NCBI GenBank assembly: GCA_963816145.1
Contig: CAWFJP010000005.1
Span: 256,001 to 320,000 of the forward strand
Length of the DNA stretch: 64,000 nt
From: an uncultured delta proteobacterium
GTDB taxonomy: Bacteria; Desulfobacterota; Binatia; UBA9968
Direction of reading: 5' to 3'
Notes under the pieces: generated by a model
What the model was told of the DNA's origin: nothing
The model's input: only the letters and a program-made list of their open reading frames with translations
Databases searched by the model: none
Made by a program: the position numbers and the translations under genes
Shown here: positions 19,990 to 30,267 of the stretch, piece after piece
How positions within the stretch are numbered: the stretch's first letter is position 1
Layout: each line of letters starts with the position of its first letter

Positions 19990-22900
19990 CTACTTCATGT
20001 TGAAGTCGACGCGGTTGGGTTTCCCCTTGAGCTTGGCTTGTTCTTCGCTGGTGAGAGGTTTGGCGGCGACGATGAAAAGGCGGTCGGCGGCGACCTGGCC
20101 GGTGGCCAATAGAGCGTCGCGCACAGCTTGGGCGCGTTGGCTGGCAAGCTGGCGCATGTCGTCGTCGGTGGCTTTGGCGTTCTGCATCATCAGTTTTTCC
20201 ATCTCGGCCACCGGTAAATCCACCGCGAACCCGATCAGATTGCGCGGCTTGGGAAAGCTCTCTTCGCCGTACGCGGCCTTCAAGTACTTCGGATACTCGT
20301 CTTTGTCGAATTGAATATCGTCCAGCGAGCGCTGGGCTCCACCCTGGCGCACCAGTTCGCGCAGCTTCTGTGCCTTGGCTTTTCGTTCGATGCCGACGCG
20401 TTTCAAGCCTTCGAGATCGGTCGCGGGGTCGACTCGTCCAATCAGTTCCAAGTTAATCGATGGGCGGTTGTTCAGTGCTTTGGCGAGGGTGGCAATTTTA
20501 CTCCTGGCGGCGTCATTCAAAGTGGCCCGGCCATTGTCGAATTCAACATAGCTCAGCTCTTCACCGCTGCCGCCGCCGCTGAAGACCGCGCCGAGCAAGG
20601 AGAATGGCGCGGTGACCGCCTTGGTTAGAATGTTGACGATGATGCGCCAGACGATGCCGCCGACGCTGAACTGCGGGTCGTCCAGCGAGCCGCTGATCGG
20701 CAAGTCGATGTCGATGACACCATTGCGGTCTTTGAGCAGAGACACAGCAAAGAGCACCGGGAGTTTGGTCGCGTCTGGACTTTCGATTTTTTCGCCGAAG
20801 GTGAGCTGGTTTAAAATGATTTTGTTTTCGGCGCTCAACTTGCGATTCTCAAGCTTGTATTTGACGTTAAACGAAAGCTTGCCTTTCTCGATGCCATAAC
20901 CGACATAGCGTCCCGAGTAGGGCGTCATCGGGCTCAGCTCGATCTCTTTGGCATCGGCCACTGTGTCAAGAAATAATTCTTTCGACAGCGGATTGATTTT
21001 GCCCTTGATCTCCACCGGCGCGGCGTTGTCGAGGCGGGCTTTGATATCGATATCACCGGGCGCTTCCGGTCTGAGCTCGGAAATCGTTCCCTGGACGCCG
21101 GTGAGATTGGCGTTGTAGTTGGGTTTGATGAACAGATCGCTGAAGTTGACGTTGCCGCCGGTGAGATTGATCGTGCCAATGGTAATCGCTTTCTCTTCGG
21201 CTGCGGCGGAGGGAGCCGCGGGTGCTGGCTTGTCCGGTGCTTTTGCCTCCGGCGCTTTCACCGTGGTTTTTTCCGGCGGCGGCTCGTCTTTCTTTTCCTC
21301 GCTTTCGGGCGTGAGCTTTTGCAAATTCATTTTACCGTCAGCGCCGAGGATTAAGCGGGAGTAGAAATCGCCCAGATTGATTTCGCCGATGTTTAATTTG
21401 AAAGGTTCGAGGTTGAACTGAAGGGCGTTTAAGTTGAGGGATTTCCACTTGAGCAGGTCGTTTGAGTTGCTCTTTTCGATGGTCGCAAAGTCGGTGATGT
21501 CGACGCTGCCGTCGTAGTTGACTCGGGCCGAGCCCTCGCCGCTGCCGTCGAAATTCAGATTACCCTTGGTGCCGATGTTACCGCTGGTGAACAAGAAGTT
21601 GACTCGGTCCTCCAGATAAGGCTGAAATGGCAGGATGTCAATCCCCTGAGCATCTACCGCCAGCCGAGCGCCGACGGGCCGGGTTCCCACAGTCCCGGTA
21701 AATTTCAAGGTCCCACTATCGTTGATTGTGGCTTGGAACGTCGCTTTGCCACGCGACTTTTCCACGTTGGAAAAATTCTCGCCGCGCAGTGTTGTGTTGG
21801 ATACGACGATTCGCGCCGGTTTCGCCAGGGAGCGATCATCGTAGACAATTCTAAAGCGGTTGAAAACCACGCGCTTGGTTTGCACGGTCCAAGACGCCTG
21901 TTCCGCTTTCACCGGCTGTTTGGTTGCGCTTTCAGGGCCGCGCGTCTTGAGCAGGCGGGCGTAGCTGATCCTCCCGTCCTTTTCCCGTTGGACATAGCCG
22001 TTGCCATCCCGGGCTTCCACGGAACCAATGATGACTGAACGCTTGCCGACGTCAACCGTGGTATCTTTCACGGTCAGGAGCGGAACGCGCCATAGGGGTT
22101 CGGATTCTCCCGGCACGTCCATGCGCAATGTTCGCAGGGCTGCGTTCAGCTCGGAAAGTTTTATCTCCGGCTCGTCTGCTTTCTGCGCGAAGGCAATCTG
22201 AGTCGTAAGGTCGAGAAGGCCGCCCTTGAATTCCACTCCGATCAAGTCTCCGTAATAAGGGCGGAGTTTTTTGAGTTGCAGCGCGTGGACTTCCAATTTG
22301 CCGTCTGCCAGCAGCGGCGTCAGTTGGACAGTGCCGGCGTGAGAGAAGGTTTCTTTTGCGTCAGATTCAAACGACAGTTCGACATTAGCCTTTTTATCGG
22401 CTTCATTGCTGAGCCCCGTGACTTTGAGGCGGACATTGTCGAGGCGCGTTTTGTAGGGCTGCTGCGGTTGTTCGTCGGCGAAGTGGATCGTTGCGCCATC
22501 GAGGGCGATATCCTCGATTAGATAAACGAACGGCTTGCCGTCGTCTTTTTTTGCCGGCGCTGGCTGACTGTTGGTCGATGGCTTCACCAGATTGGCCAGA
22601 TTGATTTCACCCTTACGGTCTTGCGTGACGTGAAGTTCGAGGCCTTGGGACTTGATCGACTTGACCGTCAACTTACTGGAGAACACTTCGAAGGCGCTGA
22701 TCGTGACATCGAAGTTGGGCAGCTTGAGCAGCGGCTCGGCGCTCGGTTGCTGCATCTCAAAGGCGTTAATAATGAGATCGCCCGACAGTGCCAAAACCGG
22801 CGTGGTTTTTGGCGCCGACTTGAAGCTCGCGGTTATTTTGCCGTTGAGTTGCCCGGATGGGACTTTGAAATTCAGCGCCACCGGCGAATATTCCAAGTAC

Positions 22901-23628
22901 TTGGCGATCTCCAGTTTGTCGAGCGTGAGACTCAGCCTGCTTTCGAGCGAGTCCTTGAACGGGGTGGTCGAATCGCCGGTGAGGTGGAAGGGCGCGCCGT
23001 TGATCACCGCGGCGAACTCCGGCTTGACCTTGATCTCGACATCGGCCGGCAGGCTCGAGATAAACGGCACGCCGATCTTGAGCGCCGTGATCGAGTGCTT
23101 GGTCTGCTCCGGCTGGTCGTCGAAATCGATCTTGCCATCGATGATTTGGATGTTGTTCAAGGCAAATTTTGGCGTCGGCCCGGAGGGGCCGGAGGTGAAT
23201 TCGTCGATCAGGTCTTGGAAGTTATATTTAAGGTCCGGATGGCGTACTAAATTGATATAGGGTTTGACCAGACGCAGCTCTTTGATCACCGGCGCCAGTC
23301 GAATCAGCGAGCGAAATTCCAGATTGACGAACAACTCGTCAAACGAAAGCGCCGGCGTGGGACCCTGCTTCTCCTGCATCAAAAAGCCGCGCACCGTGGC
23401 CGTCAGCGCGTAGGGATTGAACTTAATCTGCTCGATGGTGACCGGCCGGTGCAGCTTCTTCGATAGCTCGCTGGCGATCTTGCCGCGCAAGAGCGGCGGC
23501 GCGGCGAGGCCGAGCAGCACTCCGATGGCGACGATGATCGCGGCGAACCAAATGGCGATCTTGCGGGTCCGCGGATGGCGAACGATGGAGGCGGTTTTTA
23601 TGCGCAGATCGGCAAGTTCTGGCGCCAT
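19990..23628 (-). CDS. DUF748 domain (AsmA-like) protein with OmpA-like C-terminus
   Basis: N-terminal TM, FNPYAL, repeated beta-groove segments, AVSLLKDRNGVIDIDLPISGSLDDPQFS, LASQRAQAV..RVDF. Confidence 0.88.
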   Translation of the reverse strand: MAPELADLRIKTASIVRHPRTRKIAIWFAAIIVAIGVLLGLAAPPLLRGKIASELSKKLHRPVTIEQIKFNPYALTATVRGFLMQEKQGPTPALSFDELFVNLEFRSLIRLAPVIKELRLVKPYINLVRHPDLKYNFQDLIDEFTSGPSGPTPKFALNNIQIIDGKIDFDDQPEQTKHSITALKIGVPFISSLPADVEIKVKPEFAAVINGAPFHLTGDSTTPFKDSLESRLSLTLDKLEIAKYLEYSPVALNFKVPSGQLNGKITASFKSAPKTTPVLALSGDLIINAFEMQQPSAEPLLKLPNFDVTISAFEVFSSKLTVKSIKSQGLELHVTQDRKGEINLANLVKPSTNSQPAPAKKDDGKPFVYLIEDIALDGATIHFADEQPQQPYKTRLDNVRLKVTGLSNEADKKANVELSFESDAKETFSHAGTVQLTPLLADGKLEVHALQLKKLRPYYGDLIGVEFKGGLLDLTTQIAFAQKADEPEIKLSELNAALRTLRMDVPGESEPLWRVPLLTVKDTTVDVGKRSVIIGSVEARDGNGYVQREKDGRISYARLLKTRGPESATKQPVKAEQASWTVQTKRVVFNRFRIVYDDRSLAKPARIVVSNTTLRGENFSNVEKSRGKATFQATINDSGTLKFTGTVGTRPVGARLAVDAQGIDILPFQPYLEDRVNFLFTSGNIGTKGNLNFDGSGEGSARVNYDGSVDITDFATIEKSNSNDLLKWKSLNLNALQFNLEPFKLNIGEINLGDFYSRLILGADGKMNLQKLTPESEEKKDEPPPEKTTVKAPEAKAPDKPAPAAPSAAAEEKAITIGTINLTGGNVNFSDLFIKPNYNANLTGVQGTISELRPEAPGDIDIKARLDNAAPVEIKGKINPLSKELFLDTVADAKEIELSPMTPYSGRYVGYGIEKGKLSFNVKYKLENRKLSAENKIILNQLTFGEKIESPDATKLPVLFAVSLLKDRNGVIDIDLPISGSLDDPQFSVGGIVWRIIVNILTKAVTAPFSLLGAVFSGGGSGEELSYVEFDNGRATLNDAARSKIATLAKALNNRPSINLELIGRVDPATDLEGLKRVGIERKAKAQKLRELVRQGGAQRSLDDIQFDKDEYPKYLKAAYGEESFPKPRNLIGFAVDLPVAEMEKLMMQNAKATDDDMRQLASQRAQAVRDALLATGQVAADRLFIVAAKPLTSEEQAKLKGKPNRVDFNMK

Positions 23629-23723
23629 GGCGACCCTCGTCTGAGAGACTTTGCGGTGATCCTATCGCAGGGGTTGCCGCATGTCGAACCAATATGATGA
23701 ACTTATTGATCTTCAGGATTGGC

Positions 23724-24164
23724 TCAGCCACCGGTTTGGATCGTCTCTAACATCACGATGTAAGAACTCGGAATGTTCCAATGGTGCGCGCCTTCGAGGA
23801 TCAACCGTTTGTATTCCGGATTGGGCGGCGGCACATCGCTTTCTATCTCGGCGATATAGACCAGTGCTCGCAGCGGCTGGCTGCTGTTGTCCGGTGCGTA
23901 GACCGACAAAATCTCGCGGCGATATCCATCTTCGAAGCCGTCCATGATGATCAAATCGGCATCGCTCACTTCGTAGACTGCGCCCCAGACTTCCTTGCCG
24001 TTGACCGGGAAAACGTTGGCGGTGCCGCAATCGCGCAGGCGCGAGTGACGGGTAATGCCGAAATCGTAGTCCGGCAGTTTGGCGATGGTGACGAACTTCG
24101 ACGATGGGCAGCGCCGCTGCATTTGCCGCCAATTCAAATTCGATCCGTAGGCAAAATAGTACAC
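23724..24164 (-). CDS. Gamma-glutamylcyclotransferase family protein
   Basis: YFAYGSNL, VWGAVYE, MDGFE, P..EY. Confidence 0.9.
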   Translation of the reverse strand: MYYFAYGSNLNWRQMQRRCPSSKFVTIAKLPDYDFGITRHSRLRDCGTANVFPVNGKEVWGAVYEVSDADLIIMDGFEDGYRREILSVYAPDNSSQPLRALVYIAEIESDVPPPNPEYKRLILEGAHHWNIPSSYIVMLETIQTGG

Positions 24165-24346
24165 GGCAACCGCACCTCCAGTTCACCCGCGATCTTAAAG
24201 AATTTTCCACCCGGCACAAGCTGCCGGAAATGTGCGGGAAATCGCAATTTTGACGTAATTTGCCACTGAATTCTTTGACTTGTCCTTGTGTCCAACCAGA
24301 TATTCATGTTAGAAAAATCTCTTTGCCCGATGGGAGTTATGTCCAA

Positions 24347-24931
24347 ATGATGAGAAGATTCGCCACTTTGCTGTTGTTTTTGTCGTTGGGATTGTTGCCT
24401 GGGCGCGTATTTGCCGGTGAGCCCATTGCCCAACTTAGCGCAACCATCAATGAATTTGTCGCGATCATGGTCGACACGCCGGTGTCTGAGCTGCGCACCA
24501 CGGGTCTGCCCGATAAAGCCTTGAAGCTGATTCATAGCCGCTTCGACTTCTCCGAAATGACCAAGCGTTCGTTGGGACCGCACTGGATGAAACTCGCTCC
24601 GGCGGAGCAGGGCGAGTTCGTCGATGGGTTGACCTATCGTCTGCTCGTCACATATGGGCGCACGGTGCGCGCCTCTGGAGACGAAAAAGTTGTTTTCAAA
24701 AAAGAAACCGTAGACGGCGCCTATGCCAACGTAGAATCCACCGTGATCGGCGGCAACTCCGACACGTTGATCGATTACCGTCTCCATGAAGTGAATGGCC
24801 AATGGCGAGTCTACGACATGGTTATCGAACATGTGAGCATCGTCAGTAACTTCCGCGCGCAGTTTGAGCGCGAGATTGCGCGTTCATCGGTGCAGGGCTT
24901 GCTTGAGAAGATCAAACAGCGCCAGTCCTAG
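24347..24931 (+). CDS. MlaC/Ttg2D phospholipid-binding protein
   Basis: Signal peptide; FDFSEMTKRSLG.HW, IDYRL, WRVYDMVIE.VS.V.NFR.QF. Confidence 0.88.
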   Translation: MMRRFATLLLFLSLGLLPGRVFAGEPIAQLSATINEFVAIMVDTPVSELRTTGLPDKALKLIHSRFDFSEMTKRSLGPHWMKLAPAEQGEFVDGLTYRLLVTYGRTVRASGDEKVVFKKETVDGAYANVESTVIGGNSDTLIDYRLHEVNGQWRVYDMVIEHVSIVSNFRAQFEREIARSSVQGLLEKIKQRQS

Positions 24932-24966
24932 AATTCAGCGCGGCTCATTCGTTTATTGCTACTTCT

Positions 24967-25006
24967 AATCGGCCTAAGTTCAGCGATGAGCTTAGGCCGA
25001 TTTGTT
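24967..25006 (+). terminator. Probable intrinsic terminator after the mlaC-like gene
   Basis: aatcggcctaagttca / tgagcttaggccgatt stem followed by tgtt. Confidence 0.6.
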
Positions 25007-25118
25007 CTCGCAGTGCGCTACTTCCCCCGTTGTCATTTCGAGCAAAGCGAGAAATCCGTTCCGCTCGGTTAGCGATAGGCGTTGACGAACCGGGCGCACT
25101 TCGATACTTGGTCATGCC

Positions 25119-26069
25119 ATGACAAAGTTAAAAATTACCTTGGCCCTAGGCTCCTACGACCGGCACGGGCCTTTGCTTGAAGGCTGCATTCAGCACTCTG
25201 ATGTCGATATCGAATATATCGAGTGCGACCCGCAGCAGGGCAGACATGAGCGGTTCTTGCAGCACTTCGAGTTCGATGCCGCGGAGCTGTCTTTCTCCTC
25301 CTATTGCATCGCCATCGATCAAGGCATGCCGGTGCATGCCGTGCCGATATTTCCGCGCCGCCTGTTCAGCCAGTCGCAGATGTACAAGAACGTCAACTGC
25401 GGGATCCAATCGCCCAAAGACCTGATCGGTAAGCGCATCGGTTTGAGCGGCTATCAAAATACTCTGGGCGTGCGGGCCAAGGGCGATCTGACCCATTTTT
25501 ACGGCGTCGATCGAAACTCCGTGACCTGGATCACGCCCGGCAAGGAAGTCGTCGACGTCGACCTTCCAAGAGACCTAAAGATCGAGACCCGCGGCAGCAT
25601 GGTCGAGATCGAGCAGGAATTTGTCGGCGGCAAGATTCAAGCAATGTTCGTGTCGCGCTTGCCCAAGCCCTTCCGCGATGGCAATCGGAGCTTGGCCCGT
25701 TTATTCTCTGATCCGCAAGCCGAGGAGGAGCGTTACCTCCGCGAAGAAGGATATTTCCCGATCATGCATGTGCTCGCCTACAAAAAAGAATTGGAGCGGC
25801 AGCATCCAGAGTTGCCGCGCGCGCTTTTCGAAATCTTCGAGCGAGCTCGTCAGCGCGCGACGCAGCGCTGGGTCGATCCCAATTGGTCCATGGCAATGTG
25901 GGGTCGGCGCGAGCTGGAGCGGCAGAACCAATTGTGCAGCTTCGATCCGTGGAAGAATGGCCTGGTAGCTAACCGGAAAAATATCGAGCGCTTTGCGCTT
26001 TATAGCCACGAGCAGGGTTTGACCAAGCGGCGCTTAACTGCGGAAGAGCTATTTGTCGCAATTGACTAG
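25119..26069 (+). CDS. 4,5-dihydroxyphthalate decarboxylase-like / periplasmic-binding-fold protein
   Basis: ITLALGSYDR, EFDAAELSFSSY, PIFPRRLF, FPIMH, PWKNGLVANR family motifs. Confidence 0.8.
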   Translation: MTKLKITLALGSYDRHGPLLEGCIQHSDVDIEYIECDPQQGRHERFLQHFEFDAAELSFSSYCIAIDQGMPVHAVPIFPRRLFSQSQMYKNVNCGIQSPKDLIGKRIGLSGYQNTLGVRAKGDLTHFYGVDRNSVTWITPGKEVVDVDLPRDLKIETRGSMVEIEQEFVGGKIQAMFVSRLPKPFRDGNRSLARLFSDPQAEEERYLREEGYFPIMHVLAYKKELERQHPELPRALFEIFERARQRATQRWVDPNWSMAMWGRRELERQNQLCSFDPWKNGLVANRKNIERFALYSHEQGLTKRRLTAEELFVAID

Positions 26070-26099
26070 AATCGGTCTGATGGTAAGTGGATCTCCTGG

Positions 26100-27404
26100 C
26101 TATTTTGTTGCCGGCGCGAATGGCTGTTGAATTGGCGGGCGTGCCAGCAAAATTAATAGCGAAGACGTGAACAGAGCGCAGGAAAAGATCGTAAACGACA
26201 AATTATAGCTGCCCGTGACGTCGTGCAAGAAACCGAAGAACGGCGCGCCGCTGGCGGCGAATAGGTTCGAGAAGAAGAGCGATAAGCCGCGCACGGTTCC
26301 CAAAGAATTCCGCCCGAAGAAATTAGCCCAGATCACTTCGCGCAGGACAAAACTCCCGGCCAATCCGGTGCCGTAGAGAAAAAATCCCACATAGGTTACT
26401 TGAATATTCTGACTGGTGATTGCGGTGATCAGTCCCACGCCCTGGATCAAAAACTGGACGCAGGAAACTTTTCTGATGTCGATTCTGTCGGCGAGCATGC
26501 CCCAGACCAGTGTGGAGCCGAGTTGAGTGACCGCAATCGTGCTCATGAACGAGGCGGCGATTAGCGGCGAATAGCCGATGTCGGTGACATAGGAGAAAAT
26601 GTGCAGATTGAGACCGGCGATGCCGACGCTGGCGATGCCGAAGGTGACGACCAGGAGCCAAAACGTCGGCAGTCGCAGCGCTTGTCCTCGCGTCCATGCG
26701 GCTCCCTCGGTTACTGTGGGTGAATCCACCGGCGCGTGATTCGTGACCGAAGTATCGGTGTTTGGGCCCGAGACGTCACCGTCGGGACGCAGTCCGATGT
26801 CTTCCGGCCGTCGGCGCACGAAAATCAAAGCCGGACCGATGACTAACAGCGGCGCAATGACGCCGAAAACAGCCCAGGTATTGCGCCAGCCGATTAGGAC
26901 AAACAGCGACGCGGCGCACAAGGGGATGCTAAACTTGGCGATACCCGTGCCCAGGTTGGCGATGCCCATGGCGCGGCCGCGCTTGCGCACGAACCATTGG
27001 GCAATGGTCACGTTGATGACCAGCGAACCCAAAAGCGCTTCGCCGGCGATCACTAGCGAGCAGCGCACCAAAACAAACTGCCAAAAGCTTTGCACCAGAC
27101 TTGAGAGCAACAAGCCGGCGCTTTCCATAGCGACGCCGAGGACGAGCACGCCGCGCCCGCCGTGACGGTCGATCCATGGGCCGAGCATCGGCACGATCAG
27201 CGCGGCAACACCGATCTCGAAAGTGCGGATCAGCGAAAACGCGCCCCGCGTCACACCCAACTCTTCGGTGATCGGTTTGAGAAAAATGCTCAGTGTGCTG
27301 GAAAACGCGAAGGTGCCGGCGATGTTGACGAGAATGCCGACGGCGACGATGTACCAGCCGTAGAAAAACTTGCCGTGGATTTGGTTGGTGGATTGGAAAT
27401 TCAT
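26100..27404 (-). CDS. MFS transporter (OFA/MCT-like)
   Basis: FFYGWYIV, WFVRKRGRAMG, GMLADR, FGRNSLG. Confidence 0.9.
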   Translation of the reverse strand: MNFQSTNQIHGKFFYGWYIVAVGILVNIAGTFAFSSTLSIFLKPITEELGVTRGAFSLIRTFEIGVAALIVPMLGPWIDRHGGRGVLVLGVAMESAGLLLSSLVQSFWQFVLVRCSLVIAGEALLGSLVINVTIAQWFVRKRGRAMGIANLGTGIAKFSIPLCAASLFVLIGWRNTWAVFGVIAPLLVIGPALIFVRRRPEDIGLRPDGDVSGPNTDTSVTNHAPVDSPTVTEGAAWTRGQALRLPTFWLLVVTFGIASVGIAGLNLHIFSYVTDIGYSPLIAASFMSTIAVTQLGSTLVWGMLADRIDIRKVSCVQFLIQGVGLITAITSQNIQVTYVGFFLYGTGLAGSFVLREVIWANFFGRNSLGTVRGLSLFFSNLFAASGAPFFGFLHDVTGSYNLSFTIFSCALFTSSLLILLARPPIQQPFAPATK

Positions 27405-27536
27405 TCGCTCGTCCGCGGGCTGACTCTCGTCAAATCACGACTCGCCATCAAGTAATCTTCTTACGCGACGCAGCTTGCAAATACCAATTGGCGGCCATAA
27501 AAGTGGCTGAGTCAAAGAGTGATCTCGGAGTTGCTC

Positions 27537-28613
27537 ATGCTGATTCTTTCCAACGAGGATATCGAAAAGATCCTTCCAGTGGGCGCGTGTCTCGACGTGC
27601 TAGAAGAGGCTTATCGCGATCTTGGTAACGGCCTGGCGGCGACGGTGCCGCGCTATGATGTCTTTAGCCCGACCAAACCTAACGAGTTTTATGAATACAA
27701 AACCATGAGCGGCGTGCTGCCGGGTCGCGGCATTGCCGCGCTGCGGCTCAACTCTAGCGTGGTCAAGTGGTACGAGAAGGCCGGCGGCGTGCGCAAGGAT
27801 AAATTGCCGGTTGCGGGCGGCGATCGCTACGTCGGCTTGATTATGTTGTTCAGCACCGAGACCGGCGAGCCACTGGCAATCTTTCCTGACGGCTACGTGC
27901 AGAAGTTGCGCGTTGCCGGCGCCAGCGCGATTGCGGCGCGTTATCTGGCCCGCAAGAATTCCACCACCATGGCGTTGCTCGGATCGGGTTGGCAGGCGAG
28001 CGCGCACCTGGTCACGATGGCGATGGTCCGAGACTTGAAGCAGGTCCGGGTGTTCAGCCCGACACCGGAGTCGCGCCGCAAGTTCGTCGATGAATGGCGC
28101 GGCAAGGTGAAGGCGGAGCTGATCGAATCTAGCAGCGCCGCCGAAGCGATCAAAGACGCCGACATGGTGATCGCGACGACCAATTCGATCTCGGCCCTGT
28201 TTCCCGGCGAGATTTTACAACCGGGCATGCATGTGTCATGCGTCAAACCTTGCGAGCTCGATGCCGTGACTTATAAGCGGTCTGATCCGTTGATTATTCA
28301 CTGGCACGAAGCCAAACCGTTTCAGATCACCATCGGTGTCGATCCGCAGTCGATTCCCGACGTGGCGGAAGGCTGGCACCATCCGATCACAAGGGAGGAT
28401 TCAGCGATCTGGGATTTGCCGACGATCTCGCAATTGGTCAATGGCCAGCATCCGGGACGAGTAAAAGACGATGCGATCAGCTGTTTTTGCAACAACGTCG
28501 GCCTCGGCCTGCAGTTCGCGGCGGTCGGCAGCGAGGTGCTGGCGCGGGCGCGAGAAGCGCGGGTGGGACGGGAAATTCCCACGGATTGGTTTTTGGAAGA
28601 TGTGCATCCTTAA
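27537..28613 (+). CDS. Ornithine cyclodeaminase/mu-crystallin family protein (paralog 2)
   Basis: TGEPLAIFPD, LLGSGWQA, GLGLQFAAVG, C-terminal GREIPTDWFL. Confidence 0.88.
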   Translation: MLILSNEDIEKILPVGACLDVLEEAYRDLGNGLAATVPRYDVFSPTKPNEFYEYKTMSGVLPGRGIAALRLNSSVVKWYEKAGGVRKDKLPVAGGDRYVGLIMLFSTETGEPLAIFPDGYVQKLRVAGASAIAARYLARKNSTTMALLGSGWQASAHLVTMAMVRDLKQVRVFSPTPESRRKFVDEWRGKVKAELIESSSAAEAIKDADMVIATTNSISALFPGEILQPGMHVSCVKPCELDAVTYKRSDPLIIHWHEAKPFQITIGVDPQSIPDVAEGWHHPITREDSAIWDLPTISQLVNGQHPGRVKDDAISCFCNNVGLGLQFAAVGSEVLARAREARVGREIPTDWFLEDVHP

Positions 28614-28656
28614 AAATTTTCGTTCAAGGTTCAAAAGTTCACTGTTCAAGGTCGGA

Positions 28657-29646
28657 ATGGTGGATTGCGTTGTCGCTGCTCTTTTTATGTGGCTGGCGTT
28701 TTTTGTCTATCCGGTTGCCGCGCAAACGTTCAAGCTCAAGGTCGCTTATCCGACGACGGTGGGGTCGATGGCGGTGGTGTGGGTGGCGAAAGAGGCGAAA
28801 CTATTCGAAAAGCATGGCTTGGAGGTAGAGTTGATTTACGTCGCCGGTAGTTCCCGGGTGGTGCAGGCGATGTTAGCGAAAGATATTCCGATCTCCGAGA
28901 TCGCGATCCCCGCCGTGATCCAAGCCAATCTCGCCGGCGCTGATCTCGTCATGCTCGCCGGGCCGAATCATAAGCCCGGCCAGAAAATCATGGTCAAGCC
29001 GGAGATCAAGCGGAGAGAGGATCTGAAAGGCAAGAAGATCGGCATCACACGCTTTGGCACCTCGGATGATTTTCTCTTGCGCTACGTGCTCGGGCAGTGG
29101 GGTCTGCAGCCTGAACGGGATGTGGCGTTGATCCAGATGGGCGGTTCGCCGGAAATTCTCGCCGGCCTGGCATCGCGCGCCGTCGACGGCGGCATGCTGT
29201 CGTCGCCATTGCATCTGCAAGCCCTGAAATTTGGTTACAGCCTGCTAGCTGACTTGAGCGCCATCGGCGTCGATTATCAGGGCGCCGGCGTGGTGACGAC
29301 CCGGTCGTACCTGCGCGAAGCGCCGGACACGATGCACCGTTATCTGCGCGCTTATATCGAAGGGCTGCATCGTTTCAAAACCGACAAAGCCTTCGCGGCA
29401 AAAGTCATCGGCAAATATTCGCGCATGACGGAGCCGGAGGCTTTGGAAGAAACTTATCAGCACTATGCCGTCAAAGTGATGCCGCGGGTGCCGTACCCGA
29501 CGATCAAAGGCATTCAAATGGTCCTGGATGAGATCGGTACGCGCACACCGAAGGCCAAGAGTCTGTCGCCGGAGAGTTTCATCGACGTGAGCTATCTAAA
29601 AGAATTGGAGCAGGGTGGGTTTATTAAGAAGTTGTATGGCGAGTAA
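28657..29646 (+). CDS. NMT1/SsuA-type ABC substrate-binding protein
   Basis: Signal peptide; LFEKHGLEVEL, DLKGKKIGITRFG, ELEQGGFIKKLY; start approximate. Confidence 0.87.
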   Translation: MVDCVVAALFMWLAFFVYPVAAQTFKLKVAYPTTVGSMAVVWVAKEAKLFEKHGLEVELIYVAGSSRVVQAMLAKDIPISEIAIPAVIQANLAGADLVMLAGPNHKPGQKIMVKPEIKRREDLKGKKIGITRFGTSDDFLLRYVLGQWGLQPERDVALIQMGGSPEILAGLASRAVDGGMLSSPLHLQALKFGYSLLADLSAIGVDYQGAGVVTTRSYLREAPDTMHRYLRAYIEGLHRFKTDKAFAAKVIGKYSRMTEPEALEETYQHYAVKVMPRVPYPTIKGIQMVLDEIGTRTPKAKSLSPESFIDVSYLKELEQGGFIKKLYGE

Positions 29647-29667
29647 CCTATCGGCCCAATGCCCGGC

Positions 29668-29922
29668 TCAACCGCTGGACGGCCACGGCGAGCTCGTCGA
29701 TATGAACGACAATGGCTCGCGCGACAGGCGTAAACCCGTAAAGCAATCCTAGCCGCGGTTCGGACTACTAACGCCAATGAATCGTTTACCCGGTCGAAGT
29801 ATGTCGCATGTGTGACACGAGCAGCAACGGTGCTGGCGAACGAGGGACTGCTGCCGTCGCGGGTAGCGAATCACTATGTGTGTAAGGCGCAATCGACGGC
29901 GTTGATTCAAATTGGACGCTAA
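29668..29922 (+). pseudogene. Degenerate 3' fragment of a lost gene (possibly an alpha/beta-hydrolase-type protein)
   Basis: Two frames join into protein-like text: QPLDGHGELVDMNDNGSRDRRKPVKQS*PRFGLL / NESFTRSKYVACVTRAATVLANEGLLPSRVANHYVCKAQ. Contains an internal stop and a shift; no start. Confidence 0.4.
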
Positions 29923-30097
29923 CGGAGAGCCAAGACATTTGTGCCGGTGGATGATTGAGCGGCGCTAAAGTTTCTTGGAATTCACGAAATTACCAAATGT
30001 TTTGCTTGGTCGACGGACGCGCAACCTTTGCGATCCGTCGATCGCTGCGAGTGCGACTATAAATCAAATTATTTTTTTGCGCCGCTCAATTATTTTA

Positions 30098-30126
30098 TTG
30101 ACAGGAAAAAATCACTTCCGTAAAGT
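30098..30126 (+). promoter_or_regulatory. Strong sigma70-type promoter with upstream A/T tracts
   Basis: TTGACA (30098-30103), 17-nt spacer, TAAAGT (30121-30126); A/T-rich 30061-30097. Confidence 0.8.
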
Positions 30127-30158
30127 AATGGTCAGCAGGGAAAGGAGGTGGTCCAGAC

Positions 30159-30200
30159 ATGATTGATTTAAGTACTGGCTGTGAGGTGGCTGAGACTTAG
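30159..30200 (+). CDS. 13-aa mini-ORF MIDLSTGCEVAET
   Basis: ATG 10 nt after the GGAGG of an exceptionally long SD; TAG at 30198-30200. Confidence 0.5.
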   Translation: MIDLSTGCEVAET

Positions 30201-30267
30201 GCTCTAGGCGGAATCTCTGATGGAGATTCGGGCCTAGAGCCTGGGAATCTCCCTCAGCCACCGCAGT

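Noticed and set aside
30141-30156. 16S rRNA gene fragment on the minus strand
   Set aside because: Similarity is limited to the terminal 16 nt; the flanks are not rRNA-like.
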